A DNA stretch of 63,939 bases, filler included, from Octopus bimaculoides (GCF_001194135.2; 4 parts of 4 records of this genome joined end to end with filler, not necessarily neighbours in it); one strand, 5' to 3'; shown: positions 12,501-23,759, numbered from the whole stretch's first letter. Translations and numbers: made by a program. The notes: generated from the letters alone by a model not told the origin.

Positions 12501-13785
12501 TGGTTGTTATCGTTGCTGCTGTTGTGGTGGTTGTTGTTGTTGTTGTTGCAGTGGTGGTGTGATTATTGTTGTTATGGTTGCATGTGTAGAATGGCTTGTG
12601 TTTCAGGTGTTAGAGGTGGTGTCGATGCAGTGTTTGTTTTGGGTGTATTTGTTTTTGTTGTTTTGGTGTTTTCCTTCTATTTCTTATGTGGATGAGGATT
12701 CTTGTTTGTCCATATGCTTGTTTTTCTTTCTGTCTATTTTCCGTTTTTTGTTTTTAACTTCCACTCCTCATCGCGGTCCGACTCTCCATCTGTGATGTCC
12801 ACCTACTCTGCATCGGGAAGCGAAACATCTTCGGGCTCTGAAAAGTGTTTGGGAAAACTCGGTGTCGGTATGGTTGTTGGTGTTGGTGGTGCCACGGCTG
12901 AATCTGCTGCTGATGATGGTACTGTTGCTGTTGTCGCTAGAATTCTGGTGGCCGTTGTTGGTGTAGAGAGGAGAGGTGCCCGTCTCTCTTTTTCCTTCAG
13001 TCTATGGCAGCAGGCTTTTAAATGGATAGTTGAAAAGCAGATGTGGCACTTTGCTTTCCTTCCATCTGCTCTAACTGGAATTATGCTGCCTCCAGAAAGA
13101 AGGATCTGGTCCAGGATGAGATCTACATTCTTTTGTTTCGTTTGTATGAGGAGTTCTATGGTCACCCTGCACCAGTTCTCCTTTTTGGTCTGATAGGCTT
13201 CGAAGATTTTCGAATTTTCCTTGATGTCTATCGTCACCGCAGCAATTAGCCAAGGAACGGTTATTTCTGGCGGTACCTGATGAATTATGATTTTGGCCAG
13301 TCTCTGACTGCAGTAGAAGGGAACTAACAACAGCTCCTCGCTTTTGAGGAGATTCAGAGAATGATGTTTGGCTTCTTCCTCGGTGCGGAATCGAACGTCC
13401 ACCATTCCATATGCCCTTCCTCTCTGTATATACTCCTTTAGATTCCAGACGGAACCTAAAGCTTTTTGTATTTGAGTCTCTGTGACTCTTTCCACCCTCT
13501 TTGATTTTAAACCGATTGTACGGTACGTCGCTGTGCGGTGTATCGCATCCTGGATTGTCTCAGGTGGGGTATTTAACTTTACAGCTACTCCATCTCTTTC
13601 GACTAGCTGTCTAGCATTTTTAAGTTCCTCTTCAGAGAATTATATTCTCTGAAGAGATGACCTAGTTTCTCCAGCAAAAGAAAGTTTAGAAGAGCTAATC
13701 CAAGCCTTTGCACCGGTTTGTGTCTCAGCTCCATTATTTTTGTCATTGCTGTTGTTGCTGCCGTTGTTGTTTCTACCTTTGTCAT
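9550..13785 (-). mobile_element. Near-full-length decayed Tx1-clade LINE (ORF1, ORF2, 3' UTR; N gap 10036-10681)
   Basis: ORF1 with CCHC knuckle; ORF2 APE start MVVYRIGSVNVRGLGSP...ISETK (12122 downward); RT KAFGRVD and SAYADDV (11150-11161); LLGVWFG; C-terminal NFFKFHLKKKIRV. The 3' UTR matches the copy at 14066-14230. Confidence 0.92.
12803..13495 (-). CDS. Tx1 ORF1 (gag-like) open segment with CX2CX4HX4C zinc knuckle
   Basis: 230-aa open frame containing CHICFSTIHLKACC followed by a P/T/A-rich linker; lies upstream of the ORF2 endonuclease on the same strand. Confidence 0.8.
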   Translation of the reverse strand: MERVTETQIQKALGSVWNLKEYIQRGRAYGMVDVRFRTEEEAKHHSLNLLKSEELLLVPFYCSQRLAKIIIHQVPPEITVPWLIAAVTIDIKENSKIFEAYQTKKENWCRVTIELLIQTKQKNVDLILDQILLSGGSIIPVRADGRKAKCHICFSTIHLKACCHRLKEKERRAPLLSTPTTATRILATTATVPSSAADSAVAPPTPTTIPTPSFPKHFSEPEDVSLPDAE

Positions 13786-13787
13786 TG

Positions 13788-14024
13788 TTATTCAGGGACC
13801 TTTTGAGCGGGATGGGCTACTCAACGTGAAGTAAATTCTAACTGGACCACACCAACAAGGTCATGCACTGTTTATCTTGATATGAGATCACCATGACGCG
13901 CACATATGGTTGTGACGCATGCGTCTGGTAGATTCTTATCAGGCGAGTAGTCATGATGGGTATATTGGGCTTCGTATATTTGTACCCCAGTGTCACTTTG
14001 ATGGCATGCACTGCTCCCTCAGTC
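13788..14024. mobile_element. ~550-bp unclassified repeat, right half (copy 2)
   Basis: Aligns by eye with ~2877-3104 and ~59765-60080; followed by (AAT)n(GAT)n. Confidence 0.85.
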
Positions 14025-14065
14025 AATAATAATAATAATAATAATAATAATGATGATGATGATGA

Positions 14066-14230
14066 TTTCTTTATTAACCACAAAGGTTTACATTAAGAAA
14101 AAGATTATGGACAGTACAGGACAAAAAGAATGTTTGAGTGTGTTTTGTGTGTAAACTAGACTGACAACATTAAAAAAAAAAGAAATCAGCAATGTGTAAT
14201 CCACAATAGGGAGGTGACATTAGATAAAGA
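14066..14230 (-). mobile_element. Tx1 3' UTR terminus
   Basis: Homologous to 9550-9725. Reverse strand ends GTGGTTAATAAAGAA then (ATC)n(ATT)n. Confidence 0.8.
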
Positions 14231-14413
14231 AAAATTAACTGTATTACACCCAAAATCTCTAATTAATTGCATACTGGACACTGTACGTAGTCTAGGCTAA
14301 ACAATGTCGGGAAAAAATAAGAGAATTATCGAGACTGTAACGCCTGTGTTTAAACGGCTGCTCGCTTCAGGTCCGACTGGGTTTAAACAACATTATTTCA
14401 AAATAATTGTAAT

Positions 14414-14632
14414 AATTGTTTCAAATTTTGGCACAAGACCAGCAACTTTAGGTGGTGGTGGTGGTGGTGGTGGTGGGAGGTGGGAGTAAGTCGATTTCAT
14501 CAGTCTCAGTTTTAAACTAGTACTTATTTATTCTATCGACCTCGAAGTGATAAATGGCCATGTCGACCTCCGCGGAATTTCAACTCAAGACGTAAAGACG
14601 GACAAAAATACTGTTAAGTCGTTTGCTTGCTC
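14414..14632 (-). mobile_element. SINE family 1 copy
   Basis: Homologous to 346-558, with an internal (GGT)n expansion. Confidence 0.75.
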
Positions 14633-14843
14633 GCTGCATAAATTATAATCTTTTCTTTACTCATCACTGAGTGTTTCTATGAAATTTTGGGGACGGCAGA
14701 CGATGCCACAACAGTGCGATTGAANNNNNNNNNNNNNNNNNNNNNNNNNNNNNNNNNNNNNNNNNNNNNNNNNNNNNNNNNNNNNNNNNNNNNNNNNNNN
14801 NNNNNNNNNNNNNNNNNNNNNNNNNNNNNNNNNNNNNNNNNNN

Positions 14844-17800
14844 NGCATGATTAGAGTAAGCCCGTTCACTCAGGCCAGTCGCGCTACAGTTACCCACCTT
14901 TTAACAAAATTGCCGGGCGGCAGCATTTCCCTCTCTATCCTTACATTCCTTTTCAAGTGAAAGTTGATGAGGGCTTGGCCAAAGAAGAAAGTGTCTGTCT
15001 TCAGCCTTTTCAACCTGGTCTGTCACACGATCTCTTTTGCTAAGGCCCACCACACAAAGAAACACTACCTACCCTTCCCAGTCAAAGGAAGGCGGCGGGG
15101 AAAACTTCACGATCCTACACGCGACAGCAGGTGTTCGACATAAACTAACAAGTCAACAATGCGTTCAGAACAGTTTCGTCGCTCTGCGCGCACCGCGGCT
15201 GACGGTACTTCCATGCCTGTAGAGTTTATCCCGAACGAGCAATGCCCTCCGGGATCACAGCCAGGCCAAGAATTTCTGGAAATTATCCATGGGTCCCGGC
15301 CCAAAAATCCTCCCATGTAGATAGCCAGCTCATTCTCGTCGACACCCAGAGTCTACCCATGTATGCTATCGCATTTGCTCGCCACTAACACGCTATAAAA
15401 TTCCAGAGTGGAACATCAATCGACCGCACTGTCCGACTGACAGAAGAATGTAAGCGTCAGACGACTCTCTAATTTTCATGATCCCTGCCTCGATCTATCC
15501 TTGATCCAAGACTGCAGCACAAAGAGACGAGCTGTAGAAAATCGTGTCTGACAAACGGCAACCACACTTGTTTACCACCAATGAAGTGCTGGAAATGTCA
15601 CAGCCTCAGCGCATGTCTGTACATCAGTAACCATGACATCCCCAGCCCTCCATTTGCTGTTAATAGAAAATGAAGCGCCTGATCAGTGGAACGCGTCCTT
15701 TCCACAGAAAGCAGAAAAGCATGCGCTCCAGTTTGGTTCAGAGTAAACTAGGACAAGGCACAATGACCAGGAAATAATATATGATGGAGGCGATGTAAGA
15801 ATTTGCCGCCTTTGCGCGACCTTTCTGAATAGCTTTCTCTCGGCCCATTTCTGGGTGAGATTGGCCACTCTGCTCGTCATCTTGTCCCAAATCTTCACCT
15901 GGGCATCGGGACCAAGCCATACTCCCAGCAATTTAACCAGTCCCTCCAACCAGCGTCCCACGACGTTCTTGGACGGCATGACCCTGCCTTTCCAGGTGCC
16001 CTACTGACTTTCTTTGATAAACTTTTGTCCCTGTCACAACCTCGTGTTCTTTTAGAGCAGTGCTCACCAGGTATATGTGCTTACTGTTCGGCACTGCATC
16101 TGTGACGTCGTTCGCGTATGCTGACACGGTTCTCCCACGTCTTAGTTCGTACGGAATGCCGCTCAATGCGACCAGTTTCTGCTGCAGTGGCTCAGGAACC
16201 AGTATATACAGAAGAATACGAGAGAGGACAATCTTGACCGACCGAGCGCACGGTGTTGAATGATTATGATAACTATTCAGCCGAGCTACAAAGCAAATGT
16301 CACTGTACATTGCGTCGATCCAGGCATGGAAAACGAGACCGAAACCGACCACTGTGAGAACGGCCAGCAAGTATTGGTGGTCGACCCTATGTCATCTTCT
16401 TTACCCGCCCTGTCTATGATATATCAAATGGTAGATCTGCTTGGGATTGAGCTTGCTTGCGCATCCCCAATAAGTTACTCAACGACAAGAGCCAGCCTCT
16501 TAGCTAATACGCCAAAATTTTGAAATCTGCGTGCTGCAGTGTCATGGGCCTAAAATTTCCTACGTGATCCCCTTTCTTTGGGTCCTTTCTTGGCAATTCC
16601 ACTGCTCTTCGACTCACAGAACAAGGAATTCTTCCATTCTGCTACCATTTGCACTAGAAATCAGGGCCAATCTCGCGGCCAGCACATCGGTTGCTATCCC
16701 TTTCCTAAGCGCCTCTTCTAAGTTTCTAAGTTCCCTTCTATTTTATTTCTTTCTGCCAGTGATGCCTTACTAAACCTAGCTGATTCTACTCTAATTGTCC
16801 TTTTCAGAGCAATCCACCATTTGCTCTTGACGATTTCCCCAGTCAATTTCCTGCTTAACTAGGTTTTTTAATCGGATGTCTGTAAGCTTGGTACCCCGGA
16901 AGTAACGCATTCAGCTTCCAGTAACTGGGTCTCTGCCTTCTAAGCTTATCTAGGTCGACTGCACAGATCACAAATGTGTGGCCTGTATAGCCGATGATTT
17001 CGAAAAGTAGACAGCGTATACTGTCCTTATCAGCTTGCCTACACAATAACCTGTCTTGTTATGACCTGGATGACCTGATGCTATTCGTGCACGTCAACAT
17101 TGGCACGTCCTAGAAATCCAGTCGGTACCTGTCCGACATGTGGAAATGTTTGAGCAGCTTTGCGAGGTTTTTACCACCCCATCTTCTGTCTATTAGCCCT
17201 ACACAGTTCGGTATTCCAAGACGGTATTCCAATCGCCTACTAACAGAGATGTTCCTAGGAACAGACGTATGAAGAAATCTGGTTGTCCGGCTCCTGTTGC
17301 ATTAACAGCCACAAGTCTGAGGGACCCCTTCACTACTATTCACATCCAGGTCCACCTTCTGGGTCCCTGAACATAGTCCATATCTTGAGATCCAGACCTC
17401 TCCGAAACAAGACTGCTGTTTCACCTCCCATTTCCGGTTGACATGGAGATAAATAGATCTCGTATCAACCAAAAAGGGCATGAATGATTGTTGGTCGGAG
17501 AGTGTGGTTTTACTGATAGCCACATCTACACTTAGTGACCTGAAGTCATTGAGTAGTTGGTCATGTTCCCAAGGCGACCCCAGCCCGCGTGCATTTATAA
17601 TGCCTGTCCTAAACAAGGCCTTGTCAGATAAAGAAATAGATGCGGGAAAGGTTACTTACAGTAATTTTGCTGGTGGGTTGGGAATAGATATTCCGTTCCC
17701 ATGACTTTACGTGGATGTTTCCAAGAACCGTTCTTTATGCAGTCTTTTGTTGATATTTCCCTTTAAAGACCGAACTTCTTCAAGATACTTCGTTTTTATG

Positions 17801-18275
17801 GTTTTGTGTGTATTTTGTTATGTTCGGATGACTTTTATGTGCGTTGGACTGTTATTTGTTGGTGTGATAAAATCGGTGTGTGTCAATGTATGCTTTATAT
17901 ATGTGTTCCATCAGTTCTTTGTTGTTTGCACTTATTGTTGTGTACTTAATGATGCCTGAATATTGCCGGTGTTGGGATGTGCGATCTGAGTTCTGAGTGT
18001 GAATTGGGTTGTGTTTATGATGGTGGTATTTGTGATAGTAGTGGTGATGGTAGTGATGATGATGCTGTTGCTGACGGTACTAGTGTTGCTACTGTTGGTG
18101 GTGGTACTTGTTCCTTTGTTCTCAAAGGCGTCTCCCCAATCTGATCATGCCTGCCAGATTTTCGTGTTGACGTCGGTATGTTTTTATTTCTGTTTTCTTT
18201 TGTTAGAACTGCCGACTTTTTGCCATTTAGGCTCTTCGTCGTCCCCCTCACGGCAAAGTTCTTTTTTGTGGGGAC
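14844..18275 (-). mobile_element. Decayed Tx1-clade LINE (ORF1 C-terminus, APE, RT, zinc finger, ORF2 C-terminus)
   Basis: MFRTGIINARGLGSPW (17616), YWKLNALL, GNFRPMTL, SAYANDVT (16107-16118), KLLGVWLG, PRCAQSDETVLNA; many stops and frameshifts. Confidence 0.9.
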
Positions 18276-18862
18276 TCATATTCCCTTACAATGGAGCCGA
18301 CCGTCTCCACTTCGGAGGCGTCCGACACCATGACGGTGATATCATTTGCGTACGCTGACACTGCCCTCCCGCGTCCAATTTCGAAAGGTGGCTCGAGAGC
18401 CAACACATATAGAAGAGGTGACAGCGGGTAGCCCTTACGGACCGAAAGTGTGATACTAAACGGTTCCGATTGGTGGCCATTTACTTTGACCACCGAGCAG
18501 GTATAGCTGTGCTCTGCAGCAATCCAGCCTCTGAAAACTGGTCTTTGAGGACAGCTTCCAAGTAGCGATGGTCGACCCTATCGAAAGCTTTCGACTGATC
18601 TAAATTGATCAAGGGCCCACCGAAGCCAGCCTTAATCCCCGCCCTCTCTACGATGTATCGCATAAGGTGAAGGTTGTCGTTGACAGACCTGATCGGGATT
18701 GCACACGTTTGTGCCTCCCCGCCCAGACTACCGACGACAAGTGCCAACCTTTTCGCTAACACCTTGGCCAGAATCTTAAACTCTGTGTTTAGCAGAGTTA
18801 TGGGACGAAAATCCCTAGTACGTCCCCATTGAAGGCGTCCTTTCTCAGCAGCATTACCACAT
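18276..18862 (-). mobile_element. Tx1 RT-core fragment
   Basis: LAKRLALVVGSL...LINLDQSKAFDRVDHRYL, SVRKGYPLSPLLYVLALEP, SAYANDIT (18341-18352). Confidence 0.9.
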
Positions 18863-18866
18863 CCCG

Positions 18867-19153
18867 TTCATAGTTTACTGTTACTTCTTGCATGCGCACG
18901 TGATCCTTTCGTTCCCTTGTGAAAACATGGTAGTTTCAACTCGCTGTGATAGTAGATTACTATTATCTGTTTTTGTATATTAAATAGTGGTCAAGACTTT
19001 TTTTGTAAGAGTGGTCAAAAAAGTCTTGACCACTATTTAATATACAAAAACAGATAGTAGTAATCTACTATCACAGCGAGTTGGAATTACCATGTTTTCA
19101 GAAGGGAACGAAAGGACCACGTGCGCATGCAAGAAATAACAGTAAACTATGAA
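18867..19153. repeat. Long inverted repeat / fold-back (137-bp arms, 13-nt loop)
   Basis: Arms 18867-19003 and 19017-19153 are reverse complements with 6 mismatches counted by eye. Confidence 0.95.
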
Positions 19154-19331
19154 TGTCATTCTTAATTTTAATTTCAATTTTACTTTATTAATAGCCCTCT
19201 TCTCTTCTCACATCTTTTTTTACTCATTTTTGATAAGGTTTTTCACAAAAAAACCGAAACATGTAATGTAAATTAATTAAAACACCCCAAAAAAATATTT
19301 TTAAAAAGTGGCATTTTCATTTTTATTTCTC

Positions 19332-19372
<41 letters not shown>

Positions 19373-19599
19373 CATATACGCATATCTATATATACATACA
19401 CATATATAGATACAAAAAAGCAAATGATCACACACATATTATACACATACATGCACGCACTCACACAAAAAAGGTGCATACATATGTGTATACATATAAA
19501 GAATAAGCATACAATATGACATCATAGATATCTGGGATAGGAAGTGTAGGTAGATTAGTATGATTTCATATAAGTTACTTGAAAATCATAGGGCAGGAA

Positions 19600-19980
19600 A
19601 ATAATTTATTAGGGTAATATAATAGGGAAATTATGTAAAATTATGGTTAGATAGTGTTATATTCGTTTGAAAGAAAAAGAAAGAATAGTTGTTAATATTA
19701 CAGAATTGAGAGAGAAAAAGGATACTTGCTGTTGTTAAAATAAAATTTAGAAATAGAAAATATTTATTTAGTAACTGAAAAGAAGCAACATATATTACTC
19801 GATTTCTTGGAAAATTATCTCTTCAACTCCTTCTTATAGACATAATAACAGGATCTGCTATTTATGCTTACAAGAAGGTTACAATATTATGAAGATGAAT
19901 AACTCTCTTTTAAATTCGAGAGATGAAAAAGTTTTTTCTTGTAAACATATGTCAAAATTCCTTTTTATTAACCTTAAATA
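19600..19980 (+). mobile_element. Penelope-like element GIY-YIG endonuclease C-terminal remnant
   Basis: ISWKIISSTPSYRHNNRICYLCLQEGYNIMKMNNSLLNSRDEKVFSCKHMSKF* matches the PLE WkI..Y..C.LC..E...LN.R.E...C.H motif. The 5' boundary is approximate. Confidence 0.8.
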
Positions 19981-21759
19981 ATTTTCTCCACCTCTCTTCC
20001 TCAAACTTTTTTCTTATAATTTAGTTCTTTGTGTAATACCTCTCTCTACATAATTACCACCTTTATATTAGATTCCTATCCTTAATACAATCTCTATTTT
20101 AACTATCTTACGCTACCTGGTTATTCATATGCTATTCTAACCCCACCAATATCATATGACCCTTTCATATTTTTATTTTCAATTATAAAGCCTATACCAA
20201 ATATTCATATATCTTTCCCTCTTGCACACTACATATTTTAGACAATTTTTTTACCACTACTTCAAATATATACACACATATATCCATTTTTTTATATGTG
20301 ATATATTTTTCACAATATGTACTTAAATACACATCTCTCACTTATTATAAATATTGCTACTTATATTATTATTGTAACCAACTATTACCAATCTGTTTGA
20401 TATTTAACCTTTACTTTTTCTATTGATATACACAAACATTCTTTAATATTTTTCGGTGTATATTTTTTTTACCCTAATTTATCTTATCTATTTTTATTCT
20501 CCTTTATTCTTTTCCCCCTTCTCTCAATTTTTTATTCTTCCTTCTTTTTAATCTTTTTTCTTACACTTATTTCTTTTCCTTTTATATAATTTGTATTTTT
20601 TTAAATAAATACTTCCATTCTCTACTATCACACATTTTATATTGAAAAATTCGTTTTGTGTCCTTTACAAATCTACCTATATTAACCAAATTCTTATAAA
20701 TGATATATGATTATACTTACAGTAATTTTTAGCGCACTACAATCACTCTCACTAATTGAACACACTCTCTTAAATTAGTGTCGATACCTTGTTGGTTATG
20801 CATACAAAGAGTTTTATAAAAAAAAATTTCTGCATTCTTTTCCCCTTATTACTATCTTTATTTTTCCTTTCTAACTGTTACTACTATCTCTAAAGGTCTT
20901 TCCTATTTTTATATTAACAACGTTTGATATAATTGATAGATTAAACATTATACCCCCTTTTTCACTTATATAGTTATTTCTTTTACGTATGTCATGTACT
21001 ATTCATATTATTATATATTCGTATATAGGTATACATGTGCATGTATACTTGCATATGCCCACATATGTGTATGTGTGTATGTACATGTGTGTGTATATGT
21101 ATGTGTACATATCTATACATGTATATGTATGTGTATGCATATATGTATATATATACATATGTATATATATATTTGTATATATATGTATACGTGAGTGTAT
21201 GAATATATGTATGCGTTTGTGTATGTGAGTATTTAGATATATGCACATATCCTTTTTATACTTTCTCTTAGTTTTTCTTCGTATTTCTCCTGTTTTTTTT
21301 TTTTATTGCAACAGTATATATAAATGCATACACAAATCTTAAATAACAAACTTCTCTTATTACGGAGATGCACTTGCATAGCAAGTGACCTGATCTGAGA
21401 TCGTGTGCTGGAACGAAAACAATTGCAGCGTGGAAGGTGTTTATAGGCCATTTAAAATAACACACAAAATCCGTTAGATTCACTTCAACATTTAAATTTA
21501 ATTTGTCAAAATATTTTCGTCACTTTGAGACCGCGACCTGTTCACTGACAAAATTCTGTGCTGCATCTGAGAAAGTAATAGTTAGTTCATGATATATATG
21601 TACATGTGTATGTATGTATGTATGTATGTGCGTGTATGCATCTGTGTACATGCGTATGTATGTGTGCATGCCTATACACATGTATGTATATATGTATATA
21701 TGTATGTATGTGAGTNNNNNNNNNNNNNNNNNNNNNNNNNNNNNNNNNNNNNNNNNNNN

Positions 21760-21771
21760 TTAATTAATTAA
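21760..21771. other. Assembly linker TTAATTAATTAA inside a 100-bp gap (also 46173-46184 and 56747-56758)
   Basis: Identical 12-mer with stops in all six frames, centred in N-runs three times. Confidence 0.95.
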
Positions 21772-21815
21772 NNNNNNNNNNNNNNNNNNNNNNNNNNNNN
21801 NNNNNNNNNNNNNNN

Positions 21816-21877
<62 letters not shown>

Positions 21878-21878
<1 letters not shown>

Positions 21879-22085
21879 CCAGTGTTCTGCAGTAACAGTT
21901 ACTAAGTAACATTATGATGCCTATGTCGCTTTTGGAGGAAACAGCATCGGAACCATTCTTTCCTCTGCTTCGTACTAACGTAAAGACACCATTTGTCATC
22001 GCTGGTGACAATGCAGTAACGAAATTTTTTCTTGTGATCAGGAGTATCCTGGTGTCAAACTAGCAAACTATCGACGAGCACTGGA
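21878..22085 (-). mobile_element. mariner transposase fragment (first-D region)
   Basis: CIVTSDDKWCLYVSTKQRKEW, corresponding to IVTGDEKW; duplicates part of the adjacent larger relic. Confidence 0.75.
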
Positions 22086-22089
22086 GTTC

Positions 22090-23100
22090 GTCTGTGTAAT
22101 AACTTATCTATCTATTCTTTTTAATCCTTATTTAATCCTTATTTATTTAATCCTTATTTTTTCATCAATAATTTTAACAAATCAGTCAATAATATATTCT
22201 TCATTGTTCACGACTCTTTGCTAACGTTCCTCTAGCTTTTCAATGCTTTGACCGAGTCTTAACTTGTTGAAAATCATCAAGCCACGTTGTCAACTCCACG
22301 TTGTTGTTAAAAAAAAACATCTCACAGACTGTTGGAGTGCGATTATAAAAGATAATCTGAAGGCGCTATACCACGAGAAATCTGTGGGTACGGTACAACT
22401 TCCCAACCGAGCCCTTGAATAGGGCTTTTGGTCAAAGTAGCAATGTGGTTGCGAGCGTTGTCGTGTTGAAGAAGCGCGCCATGTCGCCTGTTGAGTCATT
22501 TCAGATGGATTGCCTCATTGAGTAGGTACATTTGCCGAACATAAAGCTCTGCATTGACCGTGTGGTTGTTTTCAAGCATCTCGTAGTGAATTAGCCCTTT
22601 CCAATCCCACCAAATACAGATTATTTTCTAGCGTGGGTGCAGCTCTGACTTGGTTCGAGGTGTTGCTTACTTGTTGGGACTCAGCCATTCTTTTTTCTAC
22701 TGCATGCTGACGTAAAGACAACATTTTTCATTGCCGGGGACAATACGTTAAAGAAATCTTGCGTCCACAAGTAACCAGGTATCGAGCAAGCAAACAGGCA
22801 GCGATATCTGTATTGTGTACAGAGAAGGCGCTTGTTACTGAAAAACACTACGCAGACATGGTCTTCACCCTTCAAGGAGGAGAAATTCGGCCTCACAAAC
22901 TATTGCATTCCGGCCAATTTGTTCGGTTCAATGAAAATCGATTGAACGAGTTTATCCACAATGATTCGCACTGATCCACTTGCGAATTGGCCCAACAGTG
23001 GAATACTTTCATGAAGCTGTCGCCCCTCATCTTCACTCGATGTATAAGGTCCAAAAAATCGGTGTATGGGTGCTACCAGTAGCATTTACAGGTTCTAAAA
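22090..23100 (-). mobile_element. mariner (DD34D) transposon relic
   Basis: WWDWKGLIHYEMLE, LLQHDNARNH, APSDY, with multiple frameshifts. Confidence 0.85.
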
Positions 23101-23384
23101 GTTAGGAGGAGCAGACACATAAAAAAAGGCGCCGTGATACATACCAAACAATTTTGAACTCATTTCTCCTATATTACATGAAATAATTCGTTAGTTATAT
23201 TATACGTAATTGCATTTTATATTCATTGATTTCCTGTTTCAGTAACAACGTCATTGTGTATGAAACTTAGAACTACTGATATAGGTAACGAAAGAGTTTT
23301 AAAAAAAAGTTGGAAAGGCGTTGATTTTGAAAAATGTGCTTGCGTGGAGCAGTCGCTCCCCCTACTTCCCTATTAGCTATGCCA

Positions 23385-23460
23385 CTGGGTTCCTCATGTT
23401 CTGAGCAAAAGAGACAAATTCTAGCGCTTCTCTATCGCTGCCTGTTTGCTTGCCTGTGAC
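23385..23460 (+). mobile_element. mariner micro-fragment (WVPHVLS linker)
   Basis: TGG GTT CCT CAT GTT CTG AGC = WVPHVLS, followed by sequence matching 22786-22830 in the opposite orientation. Confidence 0.6.
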
Positions 23461-23477
23461 GTAACCTTAGCTTTATC

Positions 23478-23637
23478 TCTTTTACTCTCTTTTACTTGTT
23501 TCAGTCATTTGACTGTAGCCATGCTGAAGCACCGCCTTTAGTCGAGCAAATCGACCCCAGGACTTATTCTTTGTAAGCCTAGTACTTATTCTATCGGTCT
23601 CTTTTGCCGAACCGCTAAGTTACGGGGATGTAAACAC
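23478..23637 (-). mobile_element. SINE family 2, 3' half
   Basis: Near-identical to 25275-25420 (tttcagtcatttgactg...gccgaaccg.taagttacgg). Confidence 0.85.
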
Positions 23638-23759
23638 ATATATTACATATATTAAAATTATAAAATTTCTTATATTCACAAGCAATTGAACAGGTGTAGG
23701 TAAACGTGGTTAGATTAGTTTTTTGACATCACATCTATAGATGATATTTCAGTGAGGCA

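Noticed and set aside
19560-20990. Very AT-rich stretch resembling mitochondrial DNA (NUMT)
   Set aside because: The translatable part is a Penelope GIY-YIG C-terminus, and no mitochondrial gene motif was recognised.
21716-21815. TTAATTAATTAA motif recurring three times (21760, 46173, 56747), resembling a PacI site or repeat spacer
   Set aside because: It is always centred in a 100-bp N gap and encodes stops in all six frames, so it is an assembly linker. Adjacency across these gaps is not reliable.
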